From positions 18,249-80,192 of the forward strand of contig CAYPTH010000001.1 in the NCBI GenBank assembly GCA_964413635.1: a stretch of 61,944 bases of DNA, read 5' to 3'. Below the pieces are notes generated by a model. The model was not told the DNA's origin, did no database searches, and was given only the letters and a program-made list of their open reading frames with translations. Positions within the stretch are counted from its first letter, which is position 1; the number at the start of each line of letters is the position of its first letter. A program made the translations under genes and the position numbers. Shown here one piece after another: positions 8,931 to 17,135 of this stretch. Source of the stretch: an uncultured Spirochaetaceae bacterium. GTDB lineage: Bacteria; Spirochaetota; Spirochaetia; DSM-27196; PWMO01.

Positions 8931-8944
8931 TGTAAGCGGTTACA
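8931..8944. promoter_or_regulatory. Candidate LacI-family operator (autoregulation), overlapping a TATGAT -10
   Basis: TGTAAGCGGTTACA is a near-perfect 14-bp palindrome of the TGTAA-CG-TTACA type. On the minus strand it directly follows TTGCGC-N16-TATGAT (complement of 8944-8971), upstream of the lacI-family start at 8912. Confidence 0.55.
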
Positions 8945-8974
8945 TCATATCGCATTTGACACGCTGCGCAAATA

Positions 8975-10249
8975 TCACTCAGGAGCTGCGTCAGGACGCC
9001 CGGTCGGAACGGTGTCGGGAGGACTCACTGCGGAGGCACCGAGATAGTTCCGGAACCGCTCAATGGCGTGGTAGACTCCATCTATTACCGCTGTCGAGAC
9101 GGCAGGTGCGGAATCGGACGATTCACCCTCCCACCAGACCCGGTGGATCCTCCACACGCCCGCGTCGAGACGAGAATCCACTCGTCCGACAAACCGGTCG
9201 CCGCACATGATGGGCAGAACGTAGTAGCCGTAGCGCCGGTCGGCGGCGGGCTTGTAGACCTCCCAGACGTAGTCGAAGTCGTATAGGTATCGAACGGCCT
9301 CGCGGTCCCAGAGCAACGCGTCCAGCGGCGCGAGGAAGCGTACAATGGGGGCCGCTTCAACGCCGGCAGTTCCGGCGCCGACACCCGAGATGCGCGCGGC
9401 GTCGCCCTCACGCGCGCCGTCTCGGTCGTGTCCAGCGATCTGCTCTCGGGTCGCATGAAAGCGGCGGCCGTCGACATCGATCTCGATCAGGCGCCCCTCT
9501 TCGACCAGCTCCGCAATGAGCTCACGCCGCTGTCCCGAGGTAATCTTCATGCTCCACAGGTCGCCGGGCGCGTTGGGGCGGAGTAGACCGACGGACTGGT
9601 GGCGACGCAGAACGAGCCACTTGAGGTTCTCTCGCATGGGAGGATCCGGCGCCTTCAAGAGCGGCTCGGGAATGACGCGCTCCGGGAGCGCGTAGACGTG
9701 TCGTCCCTTCAACCGGTGACTGGTGACAATGCGGCCTGTGAACCAGAGCGCCTTCAGGACGTGGTTTACCAAGCGCGGACCGTACCAGGAACCCTTGCGC
9801 GCGGCCCGGTCCTCCGCACCGGGAAGCGTCAAGTCCGCAAGGTCGTCGCCGGTAACCGCACCGCGCTCGGCCACGGCGGCATTGACGATCTCTGCCGCTT
9901 CACCGTACTGCTTGAAGACGCGCTTCTCCCACGTTGCCCGGTGCCACCGGTGGTAGACCCGGCGCCACGGCCAATCCCCGACGGGGCCCACGCCCGCCTG
10001 CTTGCCCCGGGCGTCGTAGTGGCGGGGGGAGCTGGCATCCCCCGCCCCGCCGTACACCCACGCCTCCCAGTCGTCCACACGGTACCCCGGGACGCGAGCC
10101 TGGAAGACCAGATCGATGTTCCTGCCCACCGGTTTGAGGGGATCGTATTGCACGCTGCCGAGGCGTTGGAAGCACTCCGGTATGGAGCGTGGTGTGAAGT
10201 GCACCGACGCCAGGAAGGCGCGTGCCCGGGCGGTGGACCAGCTGAGCAT
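8975..10249 (-). CDS. Winged-helix YcaQ/AlkZ-like protein (DUF1006; putative DNA crosslink glycosylase family)
   Basis: The ORF 8975..10504 is trimmed to the ATG at 10249 (MLSWSTARARAFL...). Motifs LGSVQYDPL, NIDLVFQARVPGY and ...RYGYYVLPIMCGDRFVGRVD are typical of this family. Confidence 0.7.
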   Translation of the reverse strand: MLSWSTARARAFLASVHFTPRSIPECFQRLGSVQYDPLKPVGRNIDLVFQARVPGYRVDDWEAWVYGGAGDASSPRHYDARGKQAGVGPVGDWPWRRVYHRWHRATWEKRVFKQYGEAAEIVNAAVAERGAVTGDDLADLTLPGAEDRAARKGSWYGPRLVNHVLKALWFTGRIVTSHRLKGRHVYALPERVIPEPLLKAPDPPMRENLKWLVLRRHQSVGLLRPNAPGDLWSMKITSGQRRELIAELVEEGRLIEIDVDGRRFHATREQIAGHDRDGAREGDAARISGVGAGTAGVEAAPIVRFLAPLDALLWDREAVRYLYDFDYVWEVYKPAADRRYGYYVLPIMCGDRFVGRVDSRLDAGVWRIHRVWWEGESSDSAPAVSTAVIDGVYHAIERFRNYLGASAVSPPDTVPTGRPDAAPE

Positions 10250-10362
10250 GCGGGACGGTACCGGTACGCTGCCGGATGCGTCAAGGGAGCCAATGCGTCC
10301 CGGCCCGCTCCGGCCGCCCGCCGACGCTCGCCCACCGCGGAACAAGATTGTATCTTCGACGA

Positions 10363-11277
10363 ATGATACGCCTTGTTCGATTTGCCGGAAGAGCTGTCGG
10401 CCCCGCAGGCACCCCCGCGACGGCGGTCGCACCAGCCCCCTCGCCGTGGATTCGCCGCGTAGGAGTCGGCCTGCTCGCTCTGTTGCTGGGTCTCGCCGCC
10501 ACAACCGCCACCGCCGCCACCGCCGAAACGATCGGAGAGTCCGTCGAAGGGCGACCGATCACCGTGGAACGGGTCGGCAGCGGCCCCGTTGATGTCCTGG
10601 TGGTCGGCGGCATCCACGGCGGCTACGAGCACAACTCCATCGTGCTGGCGCGCGAGCTTCTCGCGCACTACCGGGAGGCGCCGGAACGCCTGCCGGAGCG
10701 CTTCACCCTCCACGTGATTGACAACATGAATCCCGACGGGCTCCACCGCGTCACCGGAGGAGCTCCAATCGATCAGTTCGACTTTCGCAGCGCAAACGCC
10801 GTCCCCGGCCGCTTCAACGCCAACTGGGTGGATCTGAACCGCAACTGGGACGGTGACTGGCAACCGACGAGCTACTGGGGGAACCGGGAGGTCGACGCCG
10901 GAAGCGCTCCCTTCAGCGAGCCCGAAACCCGGGCCGTCCGCGACTACTTCCAAGGGATTGAGCCCGCAGTAAGCGTCTTCTTCCAGAGCGCAGCCGCGGG
11001 ACTGTGGTACAGCGGTGCCGAGGAGGAATGGGAGCCCGCCCGCCGCCTCGCCGAGGCGTATCACCGTGGCAGCGGCTACCGCTTGCCCGAACGCCGCGAC
11101 GACGACGAAGAGGTGGACGGCCCCGTCGACTACGAGATCACCGGCTCGGCGGATGACTACTTCCACGAGATCGGCCACCCCAACATCACCGTCGAGCTTA
11201 CCAACCACTGGGACATCGAGTGGGAGCGCAACCTGGCCGGATTCGAGGCGCTCCTTGCAGAGCTCTCGGCGGAATAG
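10363..11277 (+). CDS. Secreted M14 family zinc carboxypeptidase
   Basis: Start chosen at ATG 10363 (MIRLVRF..., Ala/Thr-rich signal peptide). Motifs are HGGYEHNS (HxxE zinc site), NMNPDG and VDLNRNW. Confidence 0.75.
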   Translation: MIRLVRFAGRAVGPAGTPATAVAPAPSPWIRRVGVGLLALLLGLAATTATAATAETIGESVEGRPITVERVGSGPVDVLVVGGIHGGYEHNSIVLARELLAHYREAPERLPERFTLHVIDNMNPDGLHRVTGGAPIDQFDFRSANAVPGRFNANWVDLNRNWDGDWQPTSYWGNREVDAGSAPFSEPETRAVRDYFQGIEPAVSVFFQSAAAGLWYSGAEEEWEPARRLAEAYHRGSGYRLPERRDDDEEVDGPVDYEITGSADDYFHEIGHPNITVELTNHWDIEWERNLAGFEALLAELSAE

Positions 11278-11357
11278 GCCCGCCGCCATGCGCCGCCGCT
11301 CGGTGCGGCCCCGCGCCGTCGGTAGCCGCGCGGCGGCGTTGCCCGCGGATGCGCACG

Positions 11358-11564
11358 CTACTCCAGCACCGCCTTCACCCGCCCCACCTCGCCCGTTTCC
11401 AGGCGAACCTTTATGCCGTGCGGATGGGTCGGGGAGTTGGTCAGAATGTCCCTGACGACACCCTCGGTCGTTTCACCGCTTCGCTGACGTTGCTTCTGCA
11501 CGATCTGCACTCGCGCACCGGGACGAATGCTGCTGCGCCTCGTCCCTTCCTCGTGATTACTCAT
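11358..11564 (-). CDS. YwbE family protein (DUF2196)
   Basis: 68 aa: ...GARVQIVQKQRQRSGETTEGVVRDILTNSPTHPHGIKVRLETGEVGRV. This is the family signature as I recall it. Confidence 0.7.
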   Translation of the reverse strand: MSNHEEGTRRSSIRPGARVQIVQKQRQRSGETTEGVVRDILTNSPTHPHGIKVRLETGEVGRVKAVLE

Positions 11565-11610
11565 GACGCCAGGGTAGCGAGAAAACGTCCTTCGTGACTA
11601 TCTTCAGCCC

Positions 11611-11922
11611 ATGAGTCGCGCCAATGGGAACGGTGGCAGTGATCAAGCGACAAGATGCGAGCTCTGCGGACGGGAGGCGAGCTTGAGCTTCCACCACCTG
11701 ATTCCGCGGAAGAACCACCGCAAGCGCCGTTTCAAGAGACAGTACGATACGCGGGAGCTCAAGAGCCGCGGACTGTGGCTGTGCCGGCTCTGTCACCGAC
11801 AGATCCACCGCTTCTACTCGGAGGACGAGCTCGGTACACGCCTGAACACCCGGGAAGCCCTCCTCGCCGAGCCGCAGATTCTGCGCTTTCTCGAGTGGGC
11901 GCGCAAACAGAGGAGTCGCTAA
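11611..11922 (+). CDS. Small HNH endonuclease-domain protein
   Basis: 103 aa with CELCG...HHLIPRKNH...LCRLCHRQIH (CxxC / HH / CxxH zinc-finger HNH layout). Confidence 0.7.
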   Translation: MSRANGNGGSDQATRCELCGREASLSFHHLIPRKNHRKRRFKRQYDTRELKSRGLWLCRLCHRQIHRFYSEDELGTRLNTREALLAEPQILRFLEWARKQRSR

Positions 11923-11924
11923 GC

Positions 11925-12554
11925 GTGCTCGAAGGCTACTGGGAATCGAGCTACCGCTCCGGCCGCGTCCCCTGGGATCCCGGTCCCTACGACCGGCACC
12001 TCCCGGATGTTCTCCACTCGCACTCACCGCCACCCGGTCCCGCCCTCGACATTGGCTGCGGCGAGGGAAAGAGCGCCATTTGGCTGGCGCGCCGCGGTTG
12101 GGACGTGCTCGGGATCGATGTCGCACCAACCGCCATTCACCGGGCACGCTCCCTCCGCGCCGAGGGGGAACGGCGCACCGGCACCCCGCTCCCCGGCCAA
12201 TGCCGGCTGGAGGTGGCTCGCTTCCCGGACGACCTGCCCCGGCTTGCGCCGGGGGTCGGCGGCTTTGCCTTCATCATGGAGCGCGGCCTCCTCCACCACA
12301 TGCGCTCCCGCCGCGATCATGAGCCCTTCCTGCGCGCCATTTCCGAGTGGCTCGCCCCGTCCGGGCTCTTCTACGCGCTTCTGGCCAAGAGCGAGGGGGC
12401 GCACCGCTTCGGCGGGCCACCCACCTGGGGCCACGACGAGGTCGAACGAGCCCTCTCAGCGCACATGGAAATCGTGGAGCTCCGGGGGAGTGTGTTCACC
12501 CCCGGCGAGGCGGGATCCATTCCGGCATGGGTAGTGGTGGCCAAGGGGAAGTGA
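11925..12554 (+). CDS. Class I SAM-dependent methyltransferase, TPMT/TehB-like
   Basis: GTG start at 11925, two nt after the HNH stop, with AGGAG at 11911-11915. Motifs: YWESSYRSGRVPWD followed by SAM motif I ALDIGCGEGKSAIWLARRGWDVLGIDV. The longer ORF from 11655 overlaps the HNH gene and is rejected. Confidence 0.75.
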   Translation: MLEGYWESSYRSGRVPWDPGPYDRHLPDVLHSHSPPPGPALDIGCGEGKSAIWLARRGWDVLGIDVAPTAIHRARSLRAEGERRTGTPLPGQCRLEVARFPDDLPRLAPGVGGFAFIMERGLLHHMRSRRDHEPFLRAISEWLAPSGLFYALLAKSEGAHRFGGPPTWGHDEVERALSAHMEIVELRGSVFTPGEAGSIPAWVVVAKGK

Positions 12555-12561
12555 GCCGCGT

Positions 12562-13032
12562 TTAGGACGGGACGCCGAAGCGGTGCCCAAACTCGGTGGG
12601 CGAGAGTGTGTCGATACCGGAAAACACTGCGAAGTCGTCAGGGTTCTCGGTAAGAAGCAATGCCACGTTATGGGTCGCCATGGTAGCCACAATGTTCGCG
12701 TCGTGAACACGCTTCCCGCTGACGTCCACGGACCCAAGCAATCGTAAGAGCTCGTCGGCCACCGTTTCAGATTCTTCAAGAAAGACGGCGCGCCGCCGGA
12801 ACGTGTTAACGTTGTGGACTGCGTCGGAAAGCCCCAACCCGAGACCGTTTGCCGAGAGCGGCCTCGTCGACGCGACAAGGTACTCTCGCAGGACTTGGCC
12901 GCTTATCGCCAGGTGCACGCCGGCGGTGAGAGCCTGAGGAAACACCGATTGGGCGGCCGTATGACTCGGGCGACCTCTGTCCGTGGCGGACAAGAGGATA
13001 TTCGTGTCCAGGAAGACGAGCTCACCGCTCAT
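12562..13032 (-). CDS. vapC: PIN-domain toxin, VapC-like
   Basis: MSGELVFLDTNILLSA... (acidic D at the N-terminus), then ...HDANIVATMATHNVALLLTENPDDF. The start overlaps the stop of the upstream antitoxin by 11 nt. Confidence 0.8.
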   Translation of the reverse strand: MSGELVFLDTNILLSATDRGRPSHTAAQSVFPQALTAGVHLAISGQVLREYLVASTRPLSANGLGLGLSDAVHNVNTFRRRAVFLEESETVADELLRLLGSVDVSGKRVHDANIVATMATHNVALLLTENPDDFAVFSGIDTLSPTEFGHRFGVPS

Positions 13033-13249
13033 CGGCGTAAAGGTCGTCTCGGTCGAAACGCCCCGTGGATCCCGCATCGACGGTTACCACGTCGAGAGGG
13101 TCCTCAGGCTCAAGCTCGGGGGCGCGTTTTGACGCATCCTCGAGAATGGCCTTCAGCTCGCCCTGCATTGATCGATGGTGGAGTTTCGCGAGACGTTGCA
13201 GACGCCGAAGGACCTCGGGATCCACATCCCGAATATGTATCGATTTCAT
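13022..13249 (-). CDS. Ribbon-helix-helix antitoxin (VapB/FitA-like)
   Basis: 75 aa: MKSIHIRDVDPEVLRRLQRLAKLHHRSMQGELKAILEDA... is a typical Arc/MetJ-type N-terminus. It pairs with the PIN gene. Confidence 0.75.
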   Translation of the reverse strand: MKSIHIRDVDPEVLRRLQRLAKLHHRSMQGELKAILEDASKRAPELEPEDPLDVVTVDAGSTGRFDRDDLYADER

Positions 13250-13251
13250 AG

Positions 13252-13270
13252 TGATAGCATAATGATAGCA
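13252..13270 (-). promoter_or_regulatory. 11-bp-phased direct repeat TGCTATCA x2 immediately upstream of the antitoxin start
   Basis: On the forward strand, tgatagca occurs at 13252-13259 and at 13263-13270. It lies in the 32-nt gap between the parC stop and the vapB-like ATG. This is a candidate antitoxin autoregulatory operator. Confidence 0.4.
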
Positions 13271-13281
13271 CAGGAAACCGG

Positions 13282-15198
13282 CTACTTCCTCTTTGGCCGC
13301 CCCAATCGCGCCTTCTTCAGGACTTTATCGGTGAGCTTCACCCCTTGGGACCGGACGCCCTTTATCTGGTAGTCCGCCACGGGAAACTCCTCCTCCACGA
13401 CGCGGTAGCGCCGGTTCGGATCGTAGTCGAGAACCGCCACGGCTTTCTGGTCGGTGGAGATATCGAGGAGCTTGCCTCCGTCCGGGACTAGATTGTAGCT
13501 CCGCCCCAGGATGAACTGCTCGATCCGGCAGCGCTTGAGATAGGTTTGGTCCTTCTCGTTCTTGTAGAGCACGGAGAAGACCTCCTTGGAGATCTCCTCC
13601 TTGTCGGCAAAGCCGCAGTAGTGCATCCCCTTGTCAACGAAGAGCTTCTCGGGAACATCAATGGCGGAGTAGGTGCCGCCCTTACGAACAACCACAATGC
13701 GGTCGTAGGGAGACACGTGGAAGAGGACACGCCCCGACTGCTGCCCGTAGCCGAGGTAGCCGGTCTTCTCATCGTAGCGCAAGGCGAGGTTGCGGTCGGC
13801 GGCTTCACGGACATCGACGCGGTCGAAGGAGGTGACTTCCGTGCGCCGTGGGTAGTTTTCCCCGTGCTTCTCGGACAGCGCCTCCAGGTAACCGATGGTG
13901 TAGGCGGTGATGTTTTTGAGATGCTTCGCGATCTCCTTGAGACGCTCCTCGATCTGGCGCATCTCCTCCCGCGCTTTGTTGATATCGTAGAGGGAGATCC
14001 TTCGGATGGGAATCTTCAAGAGACGTTCCACATCCTCCTCGGTGAGGGCTCGCGGAAGCTCCTTTGTGAAGGGCTCGAAGCCGGTGAAGACCGCCTCGAC
14101 CACCGCTTCCTGGGTCTCCATCTCCTCAATGCGCTTGTAGATCCGCTCCTCGACGAAGATGCGCTCCAAGGTCCGCGCCTGCAGCTTCTCCTTGAGGTTG
14201 TGCCGCTCGAGCTCGAGCTCACGCTTGAGAATCTCGACGAGGCGCTGGGCGTGGTACTGAATAATCTCGGTCACCGACATAATGGCGGGGCGGTTGTCTT
14301 TGATCACCAGCGGATTGACCGAGATCGATGTCTCGCAGTCGGTGAATGCGTAGAGGGCGTCGACGACCTCCTGGGAGTGGACGCCTCGGGCGAGCTTTAT
14401 CTCGATCTCCACCTCCTCGCTGGTGTAGTCGTAGATGCTCGCAATCTTCAGCTTCCCGCGCTTTGCCGCCGTTTCAATGGAGGCAATAAGACTCTCCGTC
14501 GTCGAGCCGAAGGGGAGCTCACGAATGACAATACGCTTGGGATCTTTGGTATCGAGCTTAGCGCGAACCAGGACCTTGCCGCGACCATCGTTGTATTCCT
14601 TCACATCGATGAATCCGCCGTGCTGGAAGTCCGGATAGAGCTCAACCGTCTCCCCGCGGAGCGCCGCGGCCATGGCTTGGAGAACCTCGTCGAAATTGTG
14701 GGGCAGAACCTTCGTGGACATGCCGACGGCAATGCCTTCGGCGCCGTGGACGAGCACGAGGGGCACCTTGGCCGGGAAGACCACCGGCTCGCGGTTGCGG
14801 CCGTCGTAGGAGTCGTCGTAGTCGGTTATCTGCGGATCGTGGAGGAGCTCCTTGGCCAGGGGGGTAATACGGCACTCGATGTAGCGGCTCGCCGAGGCCT
14901 CATCACCGGTGAGGACATTTCCGAAGTTTCCCTGCTTGTCGATGAGGAGGTCCTTATTGGCCAGGACAACCAGGGCCGAGTAGATGGATGCGTCGCCGTG
15001 GGGGTGGTAGCGCATGGCGTGGCCGACGACGTTGGCAACCTTGTGGAACTTGCCGTCGTCCATTTCGAAGAGGGAATGAAGAATGCGCCGCTGAACCGGC
15101 TTGAGGCCATCGTCCACGTGGGGAATGGCACGGTCCTTAATGACGTAAGAGGCGTACTCCAGGAAGTTCTTGTTGAAAACGGTCTTCGCGTAGGCCAT
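13282..15198 (-). CDS. parC: DNA topoisomerase IV subunit A (short form, 638 aa)
   Basis: YASYVIKDRAIPHVDDGLKPVQRRIL, HPHGD, and active-site Tyr context SASRYIECRI. TAATG overlap with parE. Confidence 0.85.
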   Translation of the reverse strand: MAYAKTVFNKNFLEYASYVIKDRAIPHVDDGLKPVQRRILHSLFEMDDGKFHKVANVVGHAMRYHPHGDASIYSALVVLANKDLLIDKQGNFGNVLTGDEASASRYIECRITPLAKELLHDPQITDYDDSYDGRNREPVVFPAKVPLVLVHGAEGIAVGMSTKVLPHNFDEVLQAMAAALRGETVELYPDFQHGGFIDVKEYNDGRGKVLVRAKLDTKDPKRIVIRELPFGSTTESLIASIETAAKRGKLKIASIYDYTSEEVEIEIKLARGVHSQEVVDALYAFTDCETSISVNPLVIKDNRPAIMSVTEIIQYHAQRLVEILKRELELERHNLKEKLQARTLERIFVEERIYKRIEEMETQEAVVEAVFTGFEPFTKELPRALTEEDVERLLKIPIRRISLYDINKAREEMRQIEERLKEIAKHLKNITAYTIGYLEALSEKHGENYPRRTEVTSFDRVDVREAADRNLALRYDEKTGYLGYGQQSGRVLFHVSPYDRIVVVRKGGTYSAIDVPEKLFVDKGMHYCGFADKEEISKEVFSVLYKNEKDQTYLKRCRIEQFILGRSYNLVPDGGKLLDISTDQKAVAVLDYDPNRRYRVVEEEFPVADYQIKGVRSQGVKLTDKVLKKARLGRPKRK

Positions 15199-17015
15199 TA
15201 GACCAAGTTCTCCATGATGTAGCTCTTTCGATCCGGCGTGTTCTTGCCCATGTAGAAACTCAGGGTGTCGTCGATCTGCTGGATCGACTTCACGCTCACC
15301 TTCACAATGCGCATGTCATTGCCAATGAAGCGGCCGAACTCATTCGGTGAAATCTCGCCGAGACCCTTGAAGCGGGTGACCTCGGGGTTGGAAATGCGCC
15401 GGCACGCCTCTTCGCGCTCCGATGGGCTGTAGCAGTACACCGTTTCCTTCTTGTTTCGCACCCGAAAGAGCGGCGTCTCGAGGATATACACCCGTCCGGA
15501 AACGACGAGCTCCTCGAAGAAGGTGAGAAAAAAGGTGAGCAAGAGGTTCCGAATATGAAAGCCGTCGTGGTCGGCGTCGGTGGCAATCACAATGCGCTCG
15601 TAGCGAAGCCCCTCGACGTCGTTCTCTATGCCGAGGGCCATCATCATGTTGTAGAGCTCTTCGTTGCGGTAGATGTCGGCGCGCTTCCGGGCGTACATGT
15701 TCTGCGGCTTTCCGCGAAGAGAGAAGATGGCCTGGGTGTAGGGATCGCGGCTCGAGACCATGGAGCCGCTGGCCGACTGCCCCTCGGTGATGAAGATCGT
15801 CGACTCCTCGCCACGCTTGTCCCCGCGGTGGTACTTACAGTCCTTGAGGTTGGGGATCTTGAGGGCAATCCGCTTTGCCGCTTCCTTGGCCTCCTTCTTC
15901 ACCGCGTTGAGCTCTTTGCGGAGCTTCTCGTTGTTGGCGATCTTCTGCTCGAGCTTCTTGGCGGCGCTCTGGTTCTTATGGAGAAAGTCGACCATGGCCG
16001 AACGCACGTCGTTCACGATCCAGCTTCGAATCTCCGTGTTCCCGAGTTTGTTCTTGGTCTGGCTCTCGAATACCGGGTTGAGGAGCTTCACGGAGACGGC
16101 GCCGGTCATGCCTTCGCGGACATCGATGCCCGAGTAGTTCTTCTTGAAGTACTCATTGACGCCCTTGAGAATACCCTCCCGGAAGGCGCTCTGGTGGGTT
16201 CCGCCGTCGGAGGTGTACTGGCCGTTGACGAAGGAGAAGTAGGTCTCTCCGTAGTTGTTCGTACTAGTAACGGCGAACTCCAGATGCTGACCCCGGTGGT
16301 GGGCAATGGGATAGACCGTGTCGTCGCCGACCTCGGAGTGGAGGAGATCGTAGAGGCCGTTCTTGGAGAGGAACTTCTTCTTGCCGAGATGAAGGGTGAG
16401 CCCGCTGTTGAGGTAGGCGTAGTTCCAGAGGCGCTGCTCAATGAACTCCTCATTGTACTCGTACTCGCCAAAGATCTCCGCATCGGGAATGAACTCGACG
16501 TAGGTGCCGTTTGGCTCCTTGCTTGTCTTGCCCTTGCGCTCCTTCTGCAGCTCGCCCTTTGAAAAGACCGCCTCGAAGTAGCTGTTGTCCCGGAAGGAGA
16601 CGACGCGGAAGTGCGAGGAGAGGGCGTTCACCGCCTTGGTACCGACGCCGTTCAAGCCCACGGAGAACTGAAAGACCTCGTCATTGTACTTGGCGCCCGT
16701 GTTGATGACCGAGACGCAATCAATGACCTTCCCCAGCGGAATGCCGCGCCCGTAATCCCGGACGATCACCTTTCCATTGTTGAGCTGGACGCGAATCGTG
16801 TTTCCGTGGCCCATGATGAACTCATCCACACTATTGTCGATGACTTCCTTGAGCAGGATGTAGATGCCGTCGTCCAGGTTGCTCCCGTCGCCGAGCCGGC
16901 CAATATACATGCCGGTCCGAAGACGAATGTGCTCCAGGGACGAGAGTGTCTTGACCTTACTCTCGTCGTAGGTGTGCGTGTTCTGCTTGGTACCCATGTT
17001 TCTCCCAGTTGCCAA
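15198..17015 (-). CDS. parE: DNA topoisomerase IV subunit B
   Basis: GHKL ATPase motifs (LKEVIDNSVDE, DYGRGIP, GLNGVGTKAVNALS), Toprim EGQSASGS, and IATDADHDGFHI. Confidence 0.9.
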   Translation of the reverse strand: MATGRNMGTKQNTHTYDESKVKTLSSLEHIRLRTGMYIGRLGDGSNLDDGIYILLKEVIDNSVDEFIMGHGNTIRVQLNNGKVIVRDYGRGIPLGKVIDCVSVINTGAKYNDEVFQFSVGLNGVGTKAVNALSSHFRVVSFRDNSYFEAVFSKGELQKERKGKTSKEPNGTYVEFIPDAEIFGEYEYNEEFIEQRLWNYAYLNSGLTLHLGKKKFLSKNGLYDLLHSEVGDDTVYPIAHHRGQHLEFAVTSTNNYGETYFSFVNGQYTSDGGTHQSAFREGILKGVNEYFKKNYSGIDVREGMTGAVSVKLLNPVFESQTKNKLGNTEIRSWIVNDVRSAMVDFLHKNQSAAKKLEQKIANNEKLRKELNAVKKEAKEAAKRIALKIPNLKDCKYHRGDKRGEESTIFITEGQSASGSMVSSRDPYTQAIFSLRGKPQNMYARKRADIYRNEELYNMMMALGIENDVEGLRYERIVIATDADHDGFHIRNLLLTFFLTFFEELVVSGRVYILETPLFRVRNKKETVYCYSPSEREEACRRISNPEVTRFKGLGEISPNEFGRFIGNDMRIVKVSVKSIQQIDDTLSFYMGKNTPDRKSYIMENLV

Positions 17016-17135
17016 TCATGTATGAATTTAGCCGATTTTCGCGCAGAGCGCCAGTGGTTCTTTCCCCGGTGCCGGCTTTCGTCCGCCACGCCGGGGGGGG
17101 TGGACTCACGGCGCAATTTGGCCGATACCTTTCCT

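Noticed and set aside
11611-12554. The HNH + methyltransferase pair read as a restriction-modification or other DNA-targeting defence system.
   Set aside because: The methyltransferase has TPMT/TehB-like features (YWESSY..VPWD N-terminus, ~210 aa). I cannot find DNA-MTase catalytic motifs (DPPY/NPPY or PCQ). The HNH protein is a minimal 103-aa type that is widespread as a stand-alone gene. I kept only a low-key finding.
13546-15201. 551-aa ORF on the + strand, one of many very long ORFs antisense to clear genes. Others are 2239..3396 +, 6416..7969 +, 9829..11289 -, 34858..35937 +, 37047..38183 +, 49165..50076 +, 52610..54250 - and 60174..61250 -.
   Set aside because: Each lies exactly opposite a gene with strong family motifs. 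Their translations are low-complexity and Arg/Gly/Pro/Val/Asp-rich, with no motifs. Long stop-free antisense frames are expected in high-GC DNA. I treat them as shadow ORFs.
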